This document shows positions 7,981 through 16,518 of a stretch of 33,403 nt of DNA, piece by piece (positions within the stretch are counted from its first letter, which is position 1; each line of letters begins with the position of its first letter). A model generated the notes under the pieces. The model saw only the letters and a list, made by a program, of their open reading frames with translations, was not told the origin of the DNA and did not search any database. Origin of the DNA: a virus (taxonomy: Duplodnaviria; Caudoviricetes); the IMG/VR virus record IMGVR_UViG_3300044971_000339, positions 1 through 33,403 of that record. One strand, given 5' to 3'. A program made the translations under genes and the position numbers.

Positions 7981-10013
7981 CCTGGAATCTCCACGTTAGC
8001 CGAAATCCCAGCACCGACCTTGGCTGCTTTCAACTGAGCCTCAACCCGAAACTCCTCTTGCTTCAGAATCAACTCAGCAGCAGCTTTCTCTCGTGCAAGT
8101 TGAATATCAGCCTGAGCCTTGATTTGCTTAGTCTCAATGTCTGCCAAAGCCTTTTGCCGGTCAATCTCGATCTGGGCTTGAGCCTGGGCGAGCATGGCAT
8201 CCATCGGCCCCGGTTGCTGCTGCTGCGGAGGAGGATTCGATAGGGCTTGATCGACTTCGGGCGGGATCTCTTTGAAGAACTCAGCCGAATCCTTAAACCC
8301 TGCCGCCTCGATAAACCGTCCAAGAGTCGCCCGATACTGTCCGACCGATACAAGCGGATTGGCAGGACCGTAAGCTTGGAGAATAGCCTCCTGTTTTGCC
8401 AGTACCATCTGGAGCATCGCCATCTGCTCCCCCTTCGATCCAGTACCGAGTCCTACAGAGATCGAAACATCGTACTGGTTCGACCACTCTCGCGGGTCCA
8501 TCTCAACATATTTGCCGCGCATCCGAATCAGGCGAGGCTTGTCCTGATATTTGCAGAGTAGGTGCAGAATGCCCTTAAACAAGCTTTTAACGCCTGTCTC
8601 AGCGAAGATTCGTGCTACTAGCTCCAGCTTTCCTTGCGCGGCCTGAGTGGTAGCAGCAACAGCCGCAGCGGTCACGTTTTGCAAGATGTTCGGGTCTAGC
8701 CCCTGTTGGACATCCGACACGCCAGACCGTTTCGACTGGATGCTGTCGAAGTAACCCAGCAGCGGATATGCGGAACCAGTCACATCCGGCACAGTAATCG
8801 GCTGCACCATCCCAGGAGCCTTCGTCCGTACAACTCCACCCGGAGTGACATTCAGAAGGTCGTCCAGGTTGACTTGCCCCTCTACGACAGCAGTGCGAGC
8901 GTTGTTGACAAGGTAGATGTTGTCGAGGATCTGACGGGTAATCGTGGACTTGATAAGCTGAATGTCCATCACCCGATCAGCGAGTGACTGACCAAAGAAC
9001 TTGTGCGGAACTGGCATCGGGCAGATTACATGGAAGGGAATGTAATCCGTCTTAATGTTGGCTTCCTGCCCATTTGCCCAGGTCAGAATTTGCTGGCCAG
9101 AGTAGTAAATCTGCCGCAGTTCAGCGATACCGTCACCGTCAAAATCGACGTAGATATAGCACTCGTAAACCTCAGCCTCTTGCATCGTTTCGTCAAGAGT
9201 GTCTGAGTCATACGGTTCCTCTCCAGGCGAATAACGTGCGAGACGCTCCTCGGTAAAGTCTAGCGAGTTGTACGTCGGCAGCGAGTTAATCTGCTCAGGA
9301 TCGAACCCCATCGCAATCAGTTCTGATCGCGTGGCGAGCCTCCTGTGGGCAATGAAAGGCGCATCCTCTACACAGGTCGCCTTCTTGCTGACAATCAGTT
9401 CCTCTGGAGGCACTACGTCAATCTGAATCCGGCCAGAGTTAATGCGCTTCTGCACGACAACATTGTGCGTCGTCTGCTGCATGGCCCCCATAGGAGACGC
9501 GACTTCCTCGGTAATCGTCTCCTGTGCGACGATTTGCCGAGTACCGTCCGACATCAACAGCAGAAGCTCGTTGTCAGTCAGACCCCGATATGCCTCCTCG
9601 TTAACATCGATCTTCTGCTCCCAGTACGCTTTCAGCGTGCCGGTTTTCTCCAGTAGAGCGTCCTTAAACCAGTCGTGGAGCAGCGCAAAGCCTCGGTTGT
9701 CCTTGTAGAACACCCAGTTTGCATAGTCTGTCGCCTGATCTGCGCCTTCCTCGTCGCCTGGGCCTACAGGCTCAAACCTACCTAGGTCATCGCTCGCAGT
9801 GAATACGCGAATGAGTTGCGGCAGCGCACCATCGACAACCTCGGCAACCTCGCCGGTAACGATCTGGCTGCGTCCCTCTACCTCATTACCGTATGGATTC
9901 CGCAGGTAATACTCAATAGCCTTGCCTCGCTCTGCTGTCGTGTCAGAGTCCAGCATCCCGATAGCATCGTCAATCTCAGATTGAATAATGCCTTGTAGCC
10001 TACCGATATCCAT
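7977..10013 (-). CDS. Portal protein (P22-like)
   Basis: Start at MDIGRL with GAGG upstream; GRSQIV..LPQLIRVF, WFKDALL, PHKFFGQS motifs; Q/A-rich C-terminal barrel region. Confidence 0.92.
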   Translation of the reverse strand: MDIGRLQGIIQSEIDDAIGMLDSDTTAERGKAIEYYLRNPYGNEVEGRSQIVTGEVAEVVDGALPQLIRVFTASDDLGRFEPVGPGDEEGADQATDYANWVFYKDNRGFALLHDWFKDALLEKTGTLKAYWEQKIDVNEEAYRGLTDNELLLLMSDGTRQIVAQETITEEVASPMGAMQQTTHNVVVQKRINSGRIQIDVVPPEELIVSKKATCVEDAPFIAHRRLATRSELIAMGFDPEQINSLPTYNSLDFTEERLARYSPGEEPYDSDTLDETMQEAEVYECYIYVDFDGDGIAELRQIYYSGQQILTWANGQEANIKTDYIPFHVICPMPVPHKFFGQSLADRVMDIQLIKSTITRQILDNIYLVNNARTAVVEGQVNLDDLLNVTPGGVVRTKAPGMVQPITVPDVTGSAYPLLGYFDSIQSKRSGVSDVQQGLDPNILQNVTAAAVAATTQAAQGKLELVARIFAETGVKSLFKGILHLLCKYQDKPRLIRMRGKYVEMDPREWSNQYDVSISVGLGTGSKGEQMAMLQMVLAKQEAILQAYGPANPLVSVGQYRATLGRFIEAAGFKDSAEFFKEIPPEVDQALSNPPPQQQQPGPMDAMLAQAQAQIEIDRQKALADIETKQIKAQADIQLAREKAAAELILKQEEFRVEAQLKAAKVGAGISANVEIPG

Positions 10014-10155
10014 TTTCGACCTCTTTTCGCGTATACGGTCGTTTCTGCTCTTGTTTAGCCTTAAGTTCTTCGATCTGTTTACGCAGATCGGCAACTTCCT
10101 TGACTAGAGCATCGAAAGCGTGTTTAGGCACAATACTACCTTGCGGCATTAGCAT
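10000..10155 (-). CDS. Small coiled-coil protein (MLMPQG...)
   Basis: TAATG coupling to the terminase stop; fills the terL-portal gap. Confidence 0.7.
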   Translation of the reverse strand: MLMPQGSIVPKHAFDALVKEVADLRKQIEELKAKQEQKRPYTRKEVENGYR

Positions 10156-11429
10156 TAGACAATCCAGCGAGTTTGTACGTTGATCGGCTTGCCCCAACTG
10201 GACTGCGTTTCGTTCAGCCCGATTGCAAGGTATCGGAAAGCGTCGCTTCCGTGAGATGACCAGTCGTGCAAGGGTCGGTCGTAAAAAACCTTTTGTTTCT
10301 CGTCGAACGTCCGCCGATAGTTCCGCAGACAGTTCAACCCCTCACTTACCGCCGGAACATTGAACCAGCAGCGCGGCAGTAGCCTACGGACAGCCTGAAT
10401 ACCGTCATCGACAGACAAGCGCGGAGCAATCCGGCACTCCAGACCAGCGGCTTGCAGCACCTCGAGACGGGACTTGCCAGAGCCTAGCTCCCTTACCTGT
10501 ACGTCGTGCGGGACAATGTTCTCAGCCTTGTGCCAGTCACGGTTGCGTAGCTCTCGGACGTACCAGTCAAGACCTACTCCGTGGTTCTCGATGTAATCCA
10601 GAAGCCTTACTTCCTGCCCGTGAACCTGTGCCACCCAGATAGACGTAGAGTCACCGATACCCAAGTCCCACGCACAGATAGTCTTGCAGAGGTCATCCCG
10701 CTTGATCTCGCAGAACCTCCCCTCCCCTTCCATCTGGTTGAGTTGGTGTCCGTAATACGCACCCTCGATAGCAGCGTGGAAGCTGCACTCGAACTCTTGG
10801 TCGTACTTGTCCTGGCCCATCTCACGCAGGGCGTCGTCCAGTTCAGCCTGGGCAATGATCTTGGTCTGGCTGGCCTTGAACTCTAAGAGTTTCCACCCCG
10901 GCTCACCGATAGCGCGGTTGCGTAGGTCGAAAAAGTGGTTTTGGCCTTTGGGAGTCCCGATGAACAGCGCCCAGCCTTTCCGGTCGGCTAAGGCAGGGCG
11001 TATCACTTCGTTCCAGATCTTCGGGTTTTGATCCCCCACCTCATCGAGAACCACTCCGTCGAAGTAACTTCCGCGAAGTGAATCGGGATTGTCCGATCCG
11101 TAAAGCCCGATCCTGCGGTCCCAGAAGTCAACTCGCAACTCTGAGATGTTGGCTGTGCCCCCGAGCGGTGCGGCAAAATGATTGAGATAGTCCCAGGCAA
11201 CTCGCTTGGCTTGGCTGTAGGTTGGTGCGATATAGGCATAACGTGGACGCTCTAACTGGCACATCACCGCTGACTTGATTAGCTGGTTGATGGCAGCAAC
11301 CGATTTGCCAAACCTTCGATGGCAAACCGCAACAACAAACCGGTAATCCTCCATCGCGCTGTGCAACTCAAGTTGCAACGGTCGCGGTGTGTAGGGGATT
11401 ACGATCTGTTTTGACTCAGACAAGTCCAT
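10155..11429 (-). CDS. terL: Terminase large subunit
   Basis: Walker A HRRFGKS, Walker B VVLDE, GTPKG motif, nuclease motifs WDLG and HGSDAFRY. Confidence 0.96.
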   Translation of the reverse strand: MDLSESKQIVIPYTPRPLQLELHSAMEDYRFVVAVCHRRFGKSVAAINQLIKSAVMCQLERPRYAYIAPTYSQAKRVAWDYLNHFAAPLGGTANISELRVDFWDRRIGLYGSDNPDSLRGSYFDGVVLDEVGDQNPKIWNEVIRPALADRKGWALFIGTPKGQNHFFDLRNRAIGEPGWKLLEFKASQTKIIAQAELDDALREMGQDKYDQEFECSFHAAIEGAYYGHQLNQMEGEGRFCEIKRDDLCKTICAWDLGIGDSTSIWVAQVHGQEVRLLDYIENHGVGLDWYVRELRNRDWHKAENIVPHDVQVRELGSGKSRLEVLQAAGLECRIAPRLSVDDGIQAVRRLLPRCWFNVPAVSEGLNCLRNYRRTFDEKQKVFYDRPLHDWSSHGSDAFRYLAIGLNETQSSWGKPINVQTRWIV

Positions 11430-11741
11430 CTATGCCTGCCATGTGACAGTCATCCGCATTGGGTTGTCAGCATCCCCAGCAACAACGGTTCTTGCCAGCT
11501 TCGGAATGTGGTACTCGATTGCTTTCAGGTAGAGATCAGCAGCCTTGGCAGGGTCTGGCTTGACTAAATCACCGTCGCCATTCGCAACGATATTGAGCCA
11601 GCGCGAGAACTCCTCTGCGTTTTCCTCCGCAACCTTGCGGATCGCTTCTCTTACGTCTCTGGTGGCTTTGTTCGGGATGCCAGGGGGTCTACCCTTGCCA
11701 TCGTTCGGCTTACGCCTAGTTTTTCCTTCTTTTGGTTCCAT
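11430..11741 (-). CDS. Putative terminase small subunit
   Basis: Immediately upstream of terL; GKGRPPGIPNK motif; GDADNP tail. Confidence 0.7.
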   Translation of the reverse strand: MEPKEGKTRRKPNDGKGRPPGIPNKATRDVREAIRKVAEENAEEFSRWLNIVANGDGDLVKPDPAKAADLYLKAIEYHIPKLARTVVAGDADNPMRMTVTWQA

Positions 11742-11766
11742 ACGCACTCCTATTGGGTCATGCGCT

Positions 11767-12456
11767 TTACATTTTACTACGTTCTGATATTAGCCTGTCA
11801 ATCTGCGGGTCGCCCACTTGCTCGGGTGATGGTGCAAACAGAGCGCGTTTCCGTCCGTCCGTGATACCAGGGTCGCACAAGTAATACATTGCTAGACTGT
11901 TTCTGGTGACATCCTCTGGGCAGGTAATCGGCTCCGGTAGCCCATGCCATGAACCGCGAGTGTCGAATATGACTGCGCGGTTGAAGTAAGGTTCGATTGA
12001 CTTTACTAGCTTACGGTTCCTGTCGTACAGCCCTAAATGCCCACCCCAGCATTCGTCCCAGTTGGGAGTCATGTAAACGATGATGTTTAGCCTGCGCTGA
12101 AGGTTCAGCTTTGGATGCAGGTTGTAATCCAGGTGGACGTTTAACTTGCCACCTCTGCCGTGCTGATGCAGTCCTCCACCGTGTAACCCGTAGTCTGGAT
12201 ACAGAGTGTCACCTGCCTTGTGGCCGAGGAACATTGTGAACCCAGGCTCACACATACTCTGAAAGGCTCGGTAGGTAGCTGGACCGAACCGTTGCCAGTT
12301 GTTGCAGGTCTGCTTGATCTCTAGCGGGTTGTCGTAGCGGAACCAGCAGTCATCGTCTGGATGCGGGAACTCTCGCGCTATTTCCTCCGCTTCCTCGAAG
12401 AAATCTTCAACGATAGCGTGCCAGAACGGGGTTTCGCTTATCGTTATCCTCACCAC
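11767..12456 (-). CDS. 2OG-Fe(II) oxygenase (prolyl 4-hydroxylase-like)
   Basis: HLD..SWHG..RNS facial triad and 2OG-binding motif; RRLNIIVY and FNRAVIF. Confidence 0.9.
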   Translation of the reverse strand: MVRITISETPFWHAIVEDFFEEAEEIAREFPHPDDDCWFRYDNPLEIKQTCNNWQRFGPATYRAFQSMCEPGFTMFLGHKAGDTLYPDYGLHGGGLHQHGRGGKLNVHLDYNLHPKLNLQRRLNIIVYMTPNWDECWGGHLGLYDRNRKLVKSIEPYFNRAVIFDTRGSWHGLPEPITCPEDVTRNSLAMYYLCDPGITDGRKRALFAPSPEQVGDPQIDRLISERSKM

Positions 12457-12722
12457 TTGACCTTATTGGCCCAGTACGCAGCGCTCATCTTGCCCTTCTG
12501 TATATTCTCAGCGTGTCGAGCCTTGAATGACTCTCTGCGCCTTTTGTCAGCGGCAGATTCACCCTCTCGCTTGGGGCTTCCAGACACTCCCTGCTGACCA
12601 AAACGGATCAGCTTTACCTCATCGCCAGACTTTGCCAGCACAGCGTGAGACTTGGTAGGGTGTCCAGGCGTTCGCTTGGGCTTGTTGTAGCCTGAGAACG
12701 ATTCGCTGCCACGCTTAATCAT
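12450..12722 (-). CDS. Basic hypothetical phage protein
   Basis: IRFGQQG..RRRESFKARH..SAAYWANKVKW pattern; strongly K/R-rich. Confidence 0.8.
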   Translation of the reverse strand: MIKRGSESFSGYNKPKRTPGHPTKSHAVLAKSGDEVKLIRFGQQGVSGSPKREGESAADKRRRESFKARHAENIQKGKMSAAYWANKVKW

Positions 12723-13041
12723 CGTCCATCATCCCAGCAATCTTGATGACAATGCCACCTCGTTTGGCTTGTCCACCTAGCCACTTGCTGCAAACCATGT
12801 CCTCGGAGCAGACGAAATCAAGTTGGGCGCAGTAGCCCATGTCCTCTGCTTCGTCCTCCATGTCCTTAGCAATGCCGTTTTCCAGACAACCCTGCATCTC
12901 GTCTGACTGGATAAACGCAGCACAATTCTCGCACTTGTACTCTGCGCCTTCCTCGGCTTCACCGTAATCAGCTTTATCGACTGCCTTCTGCTTGTTGGCG
13001 TCGTTTAGCTTGGCATCGCCCGTGACAATAGGACACTTCAT
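12715..13041 (-). CDS. Acidic Cys-rich protein, HiPIP-like cysteine spacing
   Basis: CENCAAF..GYC..VCSKW. Confidence 0.6.
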   Translation of the reverse strand: MKCPIVTGDAKLNDANKQKAVDKADYGEAEEGAEYKCENCAAFIQSDEMQGCLENGIAKDMEDEAEDMGYCAQLDFVCSEDMVCSKWLGGQAKRGGIVIKIAGMMDDD

Positions 13042-13193
13042 TTCTTCCTCGCTGCTCTCATGTTGTCCACGAGATTGGGGTAGGGTCGGCCAGCAGACTT
13101 AGCCATCGCTTTCGCTGACTTCTTTTCTTTCTTCGACAGCGGATCAGGTTTGCCCAGCTTTTTCGGACGGGGCTTGTCCCAGATTGGCTTCAT
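13038..13193 (-). CDS. 51-aa Lys-rich protein (MKPIWDKPRPKKLGK...AGRPYPNLVDNMRAARKK)
   Basis: Translated by hand, below the ORF track cutoff; ATGA overlaps at both ends. Confidence 0.82.
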   Translation of the reverse strand: MKPIWDKPRPKKLGKPDPLSKKEKKSAKAMAKSAGRPYPNLVDNMRAARKK

Positions 13194-13345
13194 TTTTTGG
13201 CTGGCATCTTCTTGTAGGCTTTCTTGGGAGTCTTGGCAATCATCTCCTTTGCCACAGACATCGGAACGCCAGTCTGCTTCGCCACCTTCTTGTTACCAGC
13301 GGCTGCGTACATGAGACGTTGCTGCGCTTTGCTAGTGATCGGCAT
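13190..13345 (-). CDS. 51-aa Lys-rich protein (MPITSKAQQRLMYAAA...KKMPAKK)
   Basis: Translated by hand; GAGG upstream; starts 1 nt after the previous stop. Confidence 0.82.
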   Translation of the reverse strand: MPITSKAQQRLMYAAAGNKKVAKQTGVPMSVAKEMIAKTPKKAYKKMPAKK

Positions 13346-13346
13346 A

Positions 13347-13997
13347 TCAGTCCTCGACAATAGAAGTTAGATGCCCAATCCGGCCCCTAACACCTATTTT
13401 ACCGACTTCGTTGAGAATGTCACGAGGCAGGAACTTGTAGAAACCGTGCTCCATGTCGAACACTTTTCCACTGTCCCACTGCTCGTGGAAGAACGCCTCT
13501 ATCTGCTCCAACGTCTCCAACATCTGCGGGATTACGTTGTAATCGAACGAATACAACCGGGTCATCAGCATACCGTCCGTCCCAACGTATTCCATGGGAT
13601 AACCGGTCTGCCTTGCCTGGGCAAACGTCGCCTTGTTTGCAACGTGAGCCTGGATGTTGAAGTGTTCAGTTAGCGTGTAGCGACCGGAAATCTTGAAAAC
13701 GTGACTGTAGCGATTCGGGATGTCATGCAGAATATTTATCGTTGTGTGCAACTCAATAGCGTTTTTGATATAGGCAACGTCTCGGTCTGTTTTTCTTACG
13801 TCTTGAATGAACTTTGAGCCGTAGTGTTTTACCGTCGCACGAGGAAATATCACGTTCTGATGCTCGAAACTCGATTCCAGCACCCAAATTGACGCAATCG
13901 GACACGCTCGGTGAATGCTCTCAATCGTTTGTTGCGTCTCATACAACCTTTGAGCATCGCCGTTGATTGCAGAAGTGACGATAAACAGAATCACCAT
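13347..13997 (-). CDS. Hypothetical protein, possibly glycosyltransferase-like
   Basis: FIVTSAIN first strand, VFKISGRY and DMEH motifs; coupled to the GT32 gene. Confidence 0.5.
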   Translation of the reverse strand: MVILFIVTSAINGDAQRLYETQQTIESIHRACPIASIWVLESSFEHQNVIFPRATVKHYGSKFIQDVRKTDRDVAYIKNAIELHTTINILHDIPNRYSHVFKISGRYTLTEHFNIQAHVANKATFAQARQTGYPMEYVGTDGMLMTRLYSFDYNVIPQMLETLEQIEAFFHEQWDSGKVFDMEHGFYKFLPRDILNEVGKIGVRGRIGHLTSIVED

Positions 13998-14596
13998 TTA
14001 CCTCGCGTTGACTTCCACTCCTGCCGAGCAAACACCATCTCACCGGAGTACGGGAGTCCAGCAAAATGATCCGGCAGGAAAAAGTGACTCGGCCAGATTG
14101 TAAGGTCACGGTATTGGTTATTCACCCAGGTACTCGTTAACCGTGTCGGACCACAGAACTGCCATGCCATCAGTTCACCCGGCTCGTCGTGCATCAGGTC
14201 ATCCACTATCTGACCGATGAACGGATGGCCAGGAATAGCACCCACTGCAGAGTTAGACAGCAACCCAGGTCTAAGAAGCTCCGACTCCCACGAGCACCAC
14301 ACATCCGGCTCTAGCATCCAGTCAGGAATGGCCCTAGAAGGCTCAGAATCGGCGTCTAGCGCGATTCCGCCGTGTTCGTAGAGTATCTCCCAGCGCATAC
14401 AGTCTGCTACGCCACAAAGCTCTGTTTTCCAAAAGTGCTTCATATGGCTTGCAAGCCTCCAACCTTTCGATAGGTCAGAGTTGTCCCACAGGTTAACTTC
14501 AAAGTCAGGGTTGAGGTTCTTCCACCGCTGGATGGTTTGCAGTGGTGCTTTGGTTTCGTCACCGACCCAGATGAAGTGCAGGATTTTCGGAATCAT
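13991..14596 (-). CDS. Glycosyltransferase family 32 (DxD sugar-binding, OCH1-like)
   Basis: MIPKILHFIW, ADCMRWEILYEHGGIALDAD, GHPFI and CGPTRLT motifs. Confidence 0.9.
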   Translation of the reverse strand: MIPKILHFIWVGDETKAPLQTIQRWKNLNPDFEVNLWDNSDLSKGWRLASHMKHFWKTELCGVADCMRWEILYEHGGIALDADSEPSRAIPDWMLEPDVWCSWESELLRPGLLSNSAVGAIPGHPFIGQIVDDLMHDEPGELMAWQFCGPTRLTSTWVNNQYRDLTIWPSHFFLPDHFAGLPYSGEMVFARQEWKSTRGKW

Positions 14597-14747
14597 CGAG
14601 TTTGATCTTGTATGCGGTTAGGCGAGCGGTTGCAGCGATTTGGATGCACAGTTCAAGCGCTTCTGTCGTTCGCTTCTTCAGCATCGCCTCGTGCATCTGC
14701 TTCATCATCTTCTGCATCTCTAGATACCCTTCCACCCAGTCGGTCAT
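14559..14747 (-). CDS. Hypothetical protein (MTDWVEGYL...)
   Basis: Helical ORF bridging to GT32; overlaps the upstream gene by 95 nt. Confidence 0.55.
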   Translation of the reverse strand: MTDWVEGYLEMQKMMKQMHEAMLKKRTTEALELCIQIAATARLTAYKIKLDDSENPALHLGR

Positions 14748-15048
14748 ATTGTTGCTTCCAGAGTTTTTGATTGATTCGGAATGTTCTGCGGTCGATTGCT
14801 TTGAACGGGACATCGGTATTACTGGTGTCATTCATCACCTCAAGCAGTTTTCTACGGTAGTGACCAGGATCGATGTTCAGCAAGTCAAAGTAACCGTCTG
14901 ATGTGTCTGTCAACAGGAAGTCGAACGCTGATGCTGTTTCCCGTTGAAGCTGTAAGTTTTTCTTACCGATTGGAGCGTGCATTGTGTCACGGATAGCTAG
15001 GCTTACAACAGCGGATAACAGGCGTGTTTCAGGATCGGCTGATCGCAT
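14653..15048 (-). CDS. Hypothetical protein (MRSADPETRLLSAVV...)
   Basis: ATG at 15048; ETRLLSAVVSLAIRD resembles small phage proteins found near late regulators. Confidence 0.65.
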   Translation of the reverse strand: MRSADPETRLLSAVVSLAIRDTMHAPIGKKNLQLQRETASAFDFLLTDTSDGYFDLLNIDPGHYRRKLLEVMNDTSNTDVPFKAIDRRTFRINQKLWKQQYDRLGGRVSRDAEDDEADARGDAEEANDRSA

Positions 15049-15325
15049 CTTTGGCCCTTGTGATTGCTCGGTTGATCCAGGTCGGAGGCATGGCAAGCTC
15101 GGCAGATACGAAATAGATCGACTGCTTCGGCCATTGAACATAGATAGCTTTGACTATCTGCCTGACATCCTCTGGGAGAGTCTTAATCGTCTGGTCGATC
15201 AGTTTCGCATCCGTCTTGTCCACCGGCTCCAGTTTGTTGATCCAGCCTGCCCAGTTCACCAGCCGGTCCTCTGTAGTGCCTAAACCATGCTTTTCCGCAG
15301 TCATGACAAAAATGTACCTCCGCAA
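15029..15325 (-). CDS. Putative late-gene regulator (antiterminator Q / sigma region 4-like)
   Basis: EDRLVNWAGW..DAKLIDQTIKTLP..KAIYV plus C-terminal HTH-like segment; lies at the early/late boundary; start may be 15304. Confidence 0.6.
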   Translation of the reverse strand: MRRYIFVMTAEKHGLGTTEDRLVNWAGWINKLEPVDKTDAKLIDQTIKTLPEDVRQIVKAIYVQWPKQSIYFVSAELAMPPTWINRAITRAKDAISRS

Positions 15326-15395
15326 CGTGATTGTCTTCGATTGTTTCGGTGTAGCCTTCTAGCCCACCGCATTTAGAGCAAGTGTCTTTACGCAT
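15183..15395 (-). CDS. Zinc-ribbon protein
   Basis: CSKC..CHDC; GGGAG upstream; 3' part overlaps the Q-like gene. Confidence 0.55.
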   Translation of the reverse strand: MRKDTCSKCGGLEGYTETIEDNHVAEVHFCHDCGKAWFRHYRGPAGELGRLDQQTGAGGQDGCETDRPDD

Positions 15396-15597
15396 TCTTC
15401 TCCCTTGCTTTTATCATGAGGTCTGCCATTTGATACGCTTCATCTGCGATCTCTGCATTAGACATTGGTGCATCCATCAGACCCTGCATCGCCTTCGCTG
15501 CGAAGTAGTCTCGCAGGGTCATGCCGCTTGTGGATGTGATCTGCTTGTATTGCAGATCCTGTGAGATCCTAGGAAACGCTGGGCCTCCGTTGTTCAT
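15388..15597 (-). CDS. Conserved small phage protein (GGPAFP..GMTLRDYFAAKAMQ)
   Basis: Recognisable motif of a widespread small phage protein family. Confidence 0.8.
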   Translation of the reverse strand: MNNGGPAFPRISQDLQYKQITSTSGMTLRDYFAAKAMQGLMDAPMSNAEIADEAYQMADLMIKAREKNA

Positions 15598-15836
15598 TTC
15601 TCACCTCGTGCTTTAGCGATGGCAGCGCTGGAAACTTCGATAACATCAAAACTGTCGCCATCCATCTGAATGTAATCTGATCGCCCAAGGGCGCTCACAG
15701 CCATCATTAGCGCCTCCAACAAATCCGGCGCGGCTGCGGCGAGAGTCCAGTCCTCCTGTGTAACCGGGCCTTGCAGATCCCAGTCACCGCACCCAACGTA
15801 GATTGCCTTCCACGGTCCGGATGTGTGTTTGCTCAT
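15594..15836 (-). CDS. Small phage protein (KHTSGPW..AAAPDLLEAL..AIAKARGE)
   Basis: Recognisable motif family; ATGA coupling. Confidence 0.8.
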   Translation of the reverse strand: MSKHTSGPWKAIYVGCGDWDLQGPVTQEDWTLAAAAPDLLEALMMAVSALGRSDYIQMDGDSFDVIEVSSAAIAKARGEK

Positions 15837-15851
15837 TTCTCACCTCGTGCT
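15594..15851. repeat. 19-bp direct repeat TCATTTCTCACCTCGTGCT at 15594-15612 and 15833-15851
   Basis: Exact match; on the minus strand it encodes ARGEK-stop plus an SD and the next ATG. Confidence 0.9.
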
Positions 15852-16033
15852 CGGATGGCGGCGGCAGCTTCGATGTATGTCTTGGCGTTGAACGCAATTT
15901 GAGCGCACGCCTCTCGTTCGGCTGCTGCGACAAGGGCGGCAAAGTTAGCAAAGCCATCAAATCCAATAATCTCTACAACCCCATCTACAAACCCAGCCTC
16001 TCGCGCCATTGCAATGATGTTGTCTCGGTTCAT
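15833..16033 (-). CDS. Small phage protein (IAMAREAG..AAAEREACA..AIRARGE)
   Basis: ATG at 16033 with GGGAG upstream; motif family common in betaproteobacterial phages. Confidence 0.78.
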   Translation of the reverse strand: MNRDNIIAMAREAGFVDGVVEIIGFDGFANFAALVAAAEREACAQIAFNAKTYIEAAAAIRARGEK

Positions 16034-16034
16034 G

Positions 16035-16295
16035 TTATTTCGCTCCCAGATTGATTCGTAAAATCTCAATCCGTTTTGCATGGCTAGGTGATCCACGCCA
16101 CTTGTCTCGTATCCGCCAGTTGCGACACTTGCATTCGTCCTGTGCAAAAACGATATTCAGGTGTTGCACATACTTGTTAACGTGCCGCAACAAGACTTTC
16201 TTCCTACAGTCAGACAAACCCGCTTGATGACTGAAGTTGATCGCAATCACCCGCAAGTCATCCTCTAGCTCATCAACAATCTCAGACGGACTCAC
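16035..16295 (-). CDS. Hypothetical protein
   Basis: GTG at 16295 with GGAG upstream; fills the gap between neighbours. Confidence 0.55.
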   Translation of the reverse strand: MSPSEIVDELEDDLRVIAINFSHQAGLSDCRKKVLLRHVNKYVQHLNIVFAQDECKCRNWRIRDKWRGSPSHAKRIEILRINLGAK

Positions 16296-16296
16296 T

Positions 16297-16518
16297 TCAA
16301 CTCTCCACCTTGTAGGTCGGTTCAATCAACGTCCTGATCTCAGTCGGTATCTTCGGCAGCGGATACCAGCCCACATACCAATCGCCTTTACCATCCCACC
16401 AGCCTGTCTGAGCAATCCCAGCCCTATTCAGCAGCAACACCTTTGGTCCGGTAGGACAAGTCGCCATCGGCCTGTAAATCAACCCAGGATCAGTAACAGC
16501 CTCAACATTCGTAATCAC
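16297..16518 (-). CDS. DUF551-like small protein
   Basis: YRPMATCP..KVLLL..WYPLPKIP. Confidence 0.65.
   Translation of the reverse strand: MITNVEAVTDPGLIYRPMATCPTGPKVLLLNRAGIAQTGWWDGKGDWYVGWYPLPKIPTEIRTLIEPTYKVES

Noticed and set aside
10014-10094. N-terminal extension of the portal given in the ORF track
   Set aside because: It overlaps the small gene 10000..10155, and the ATG at 10013 has a GAGG SD
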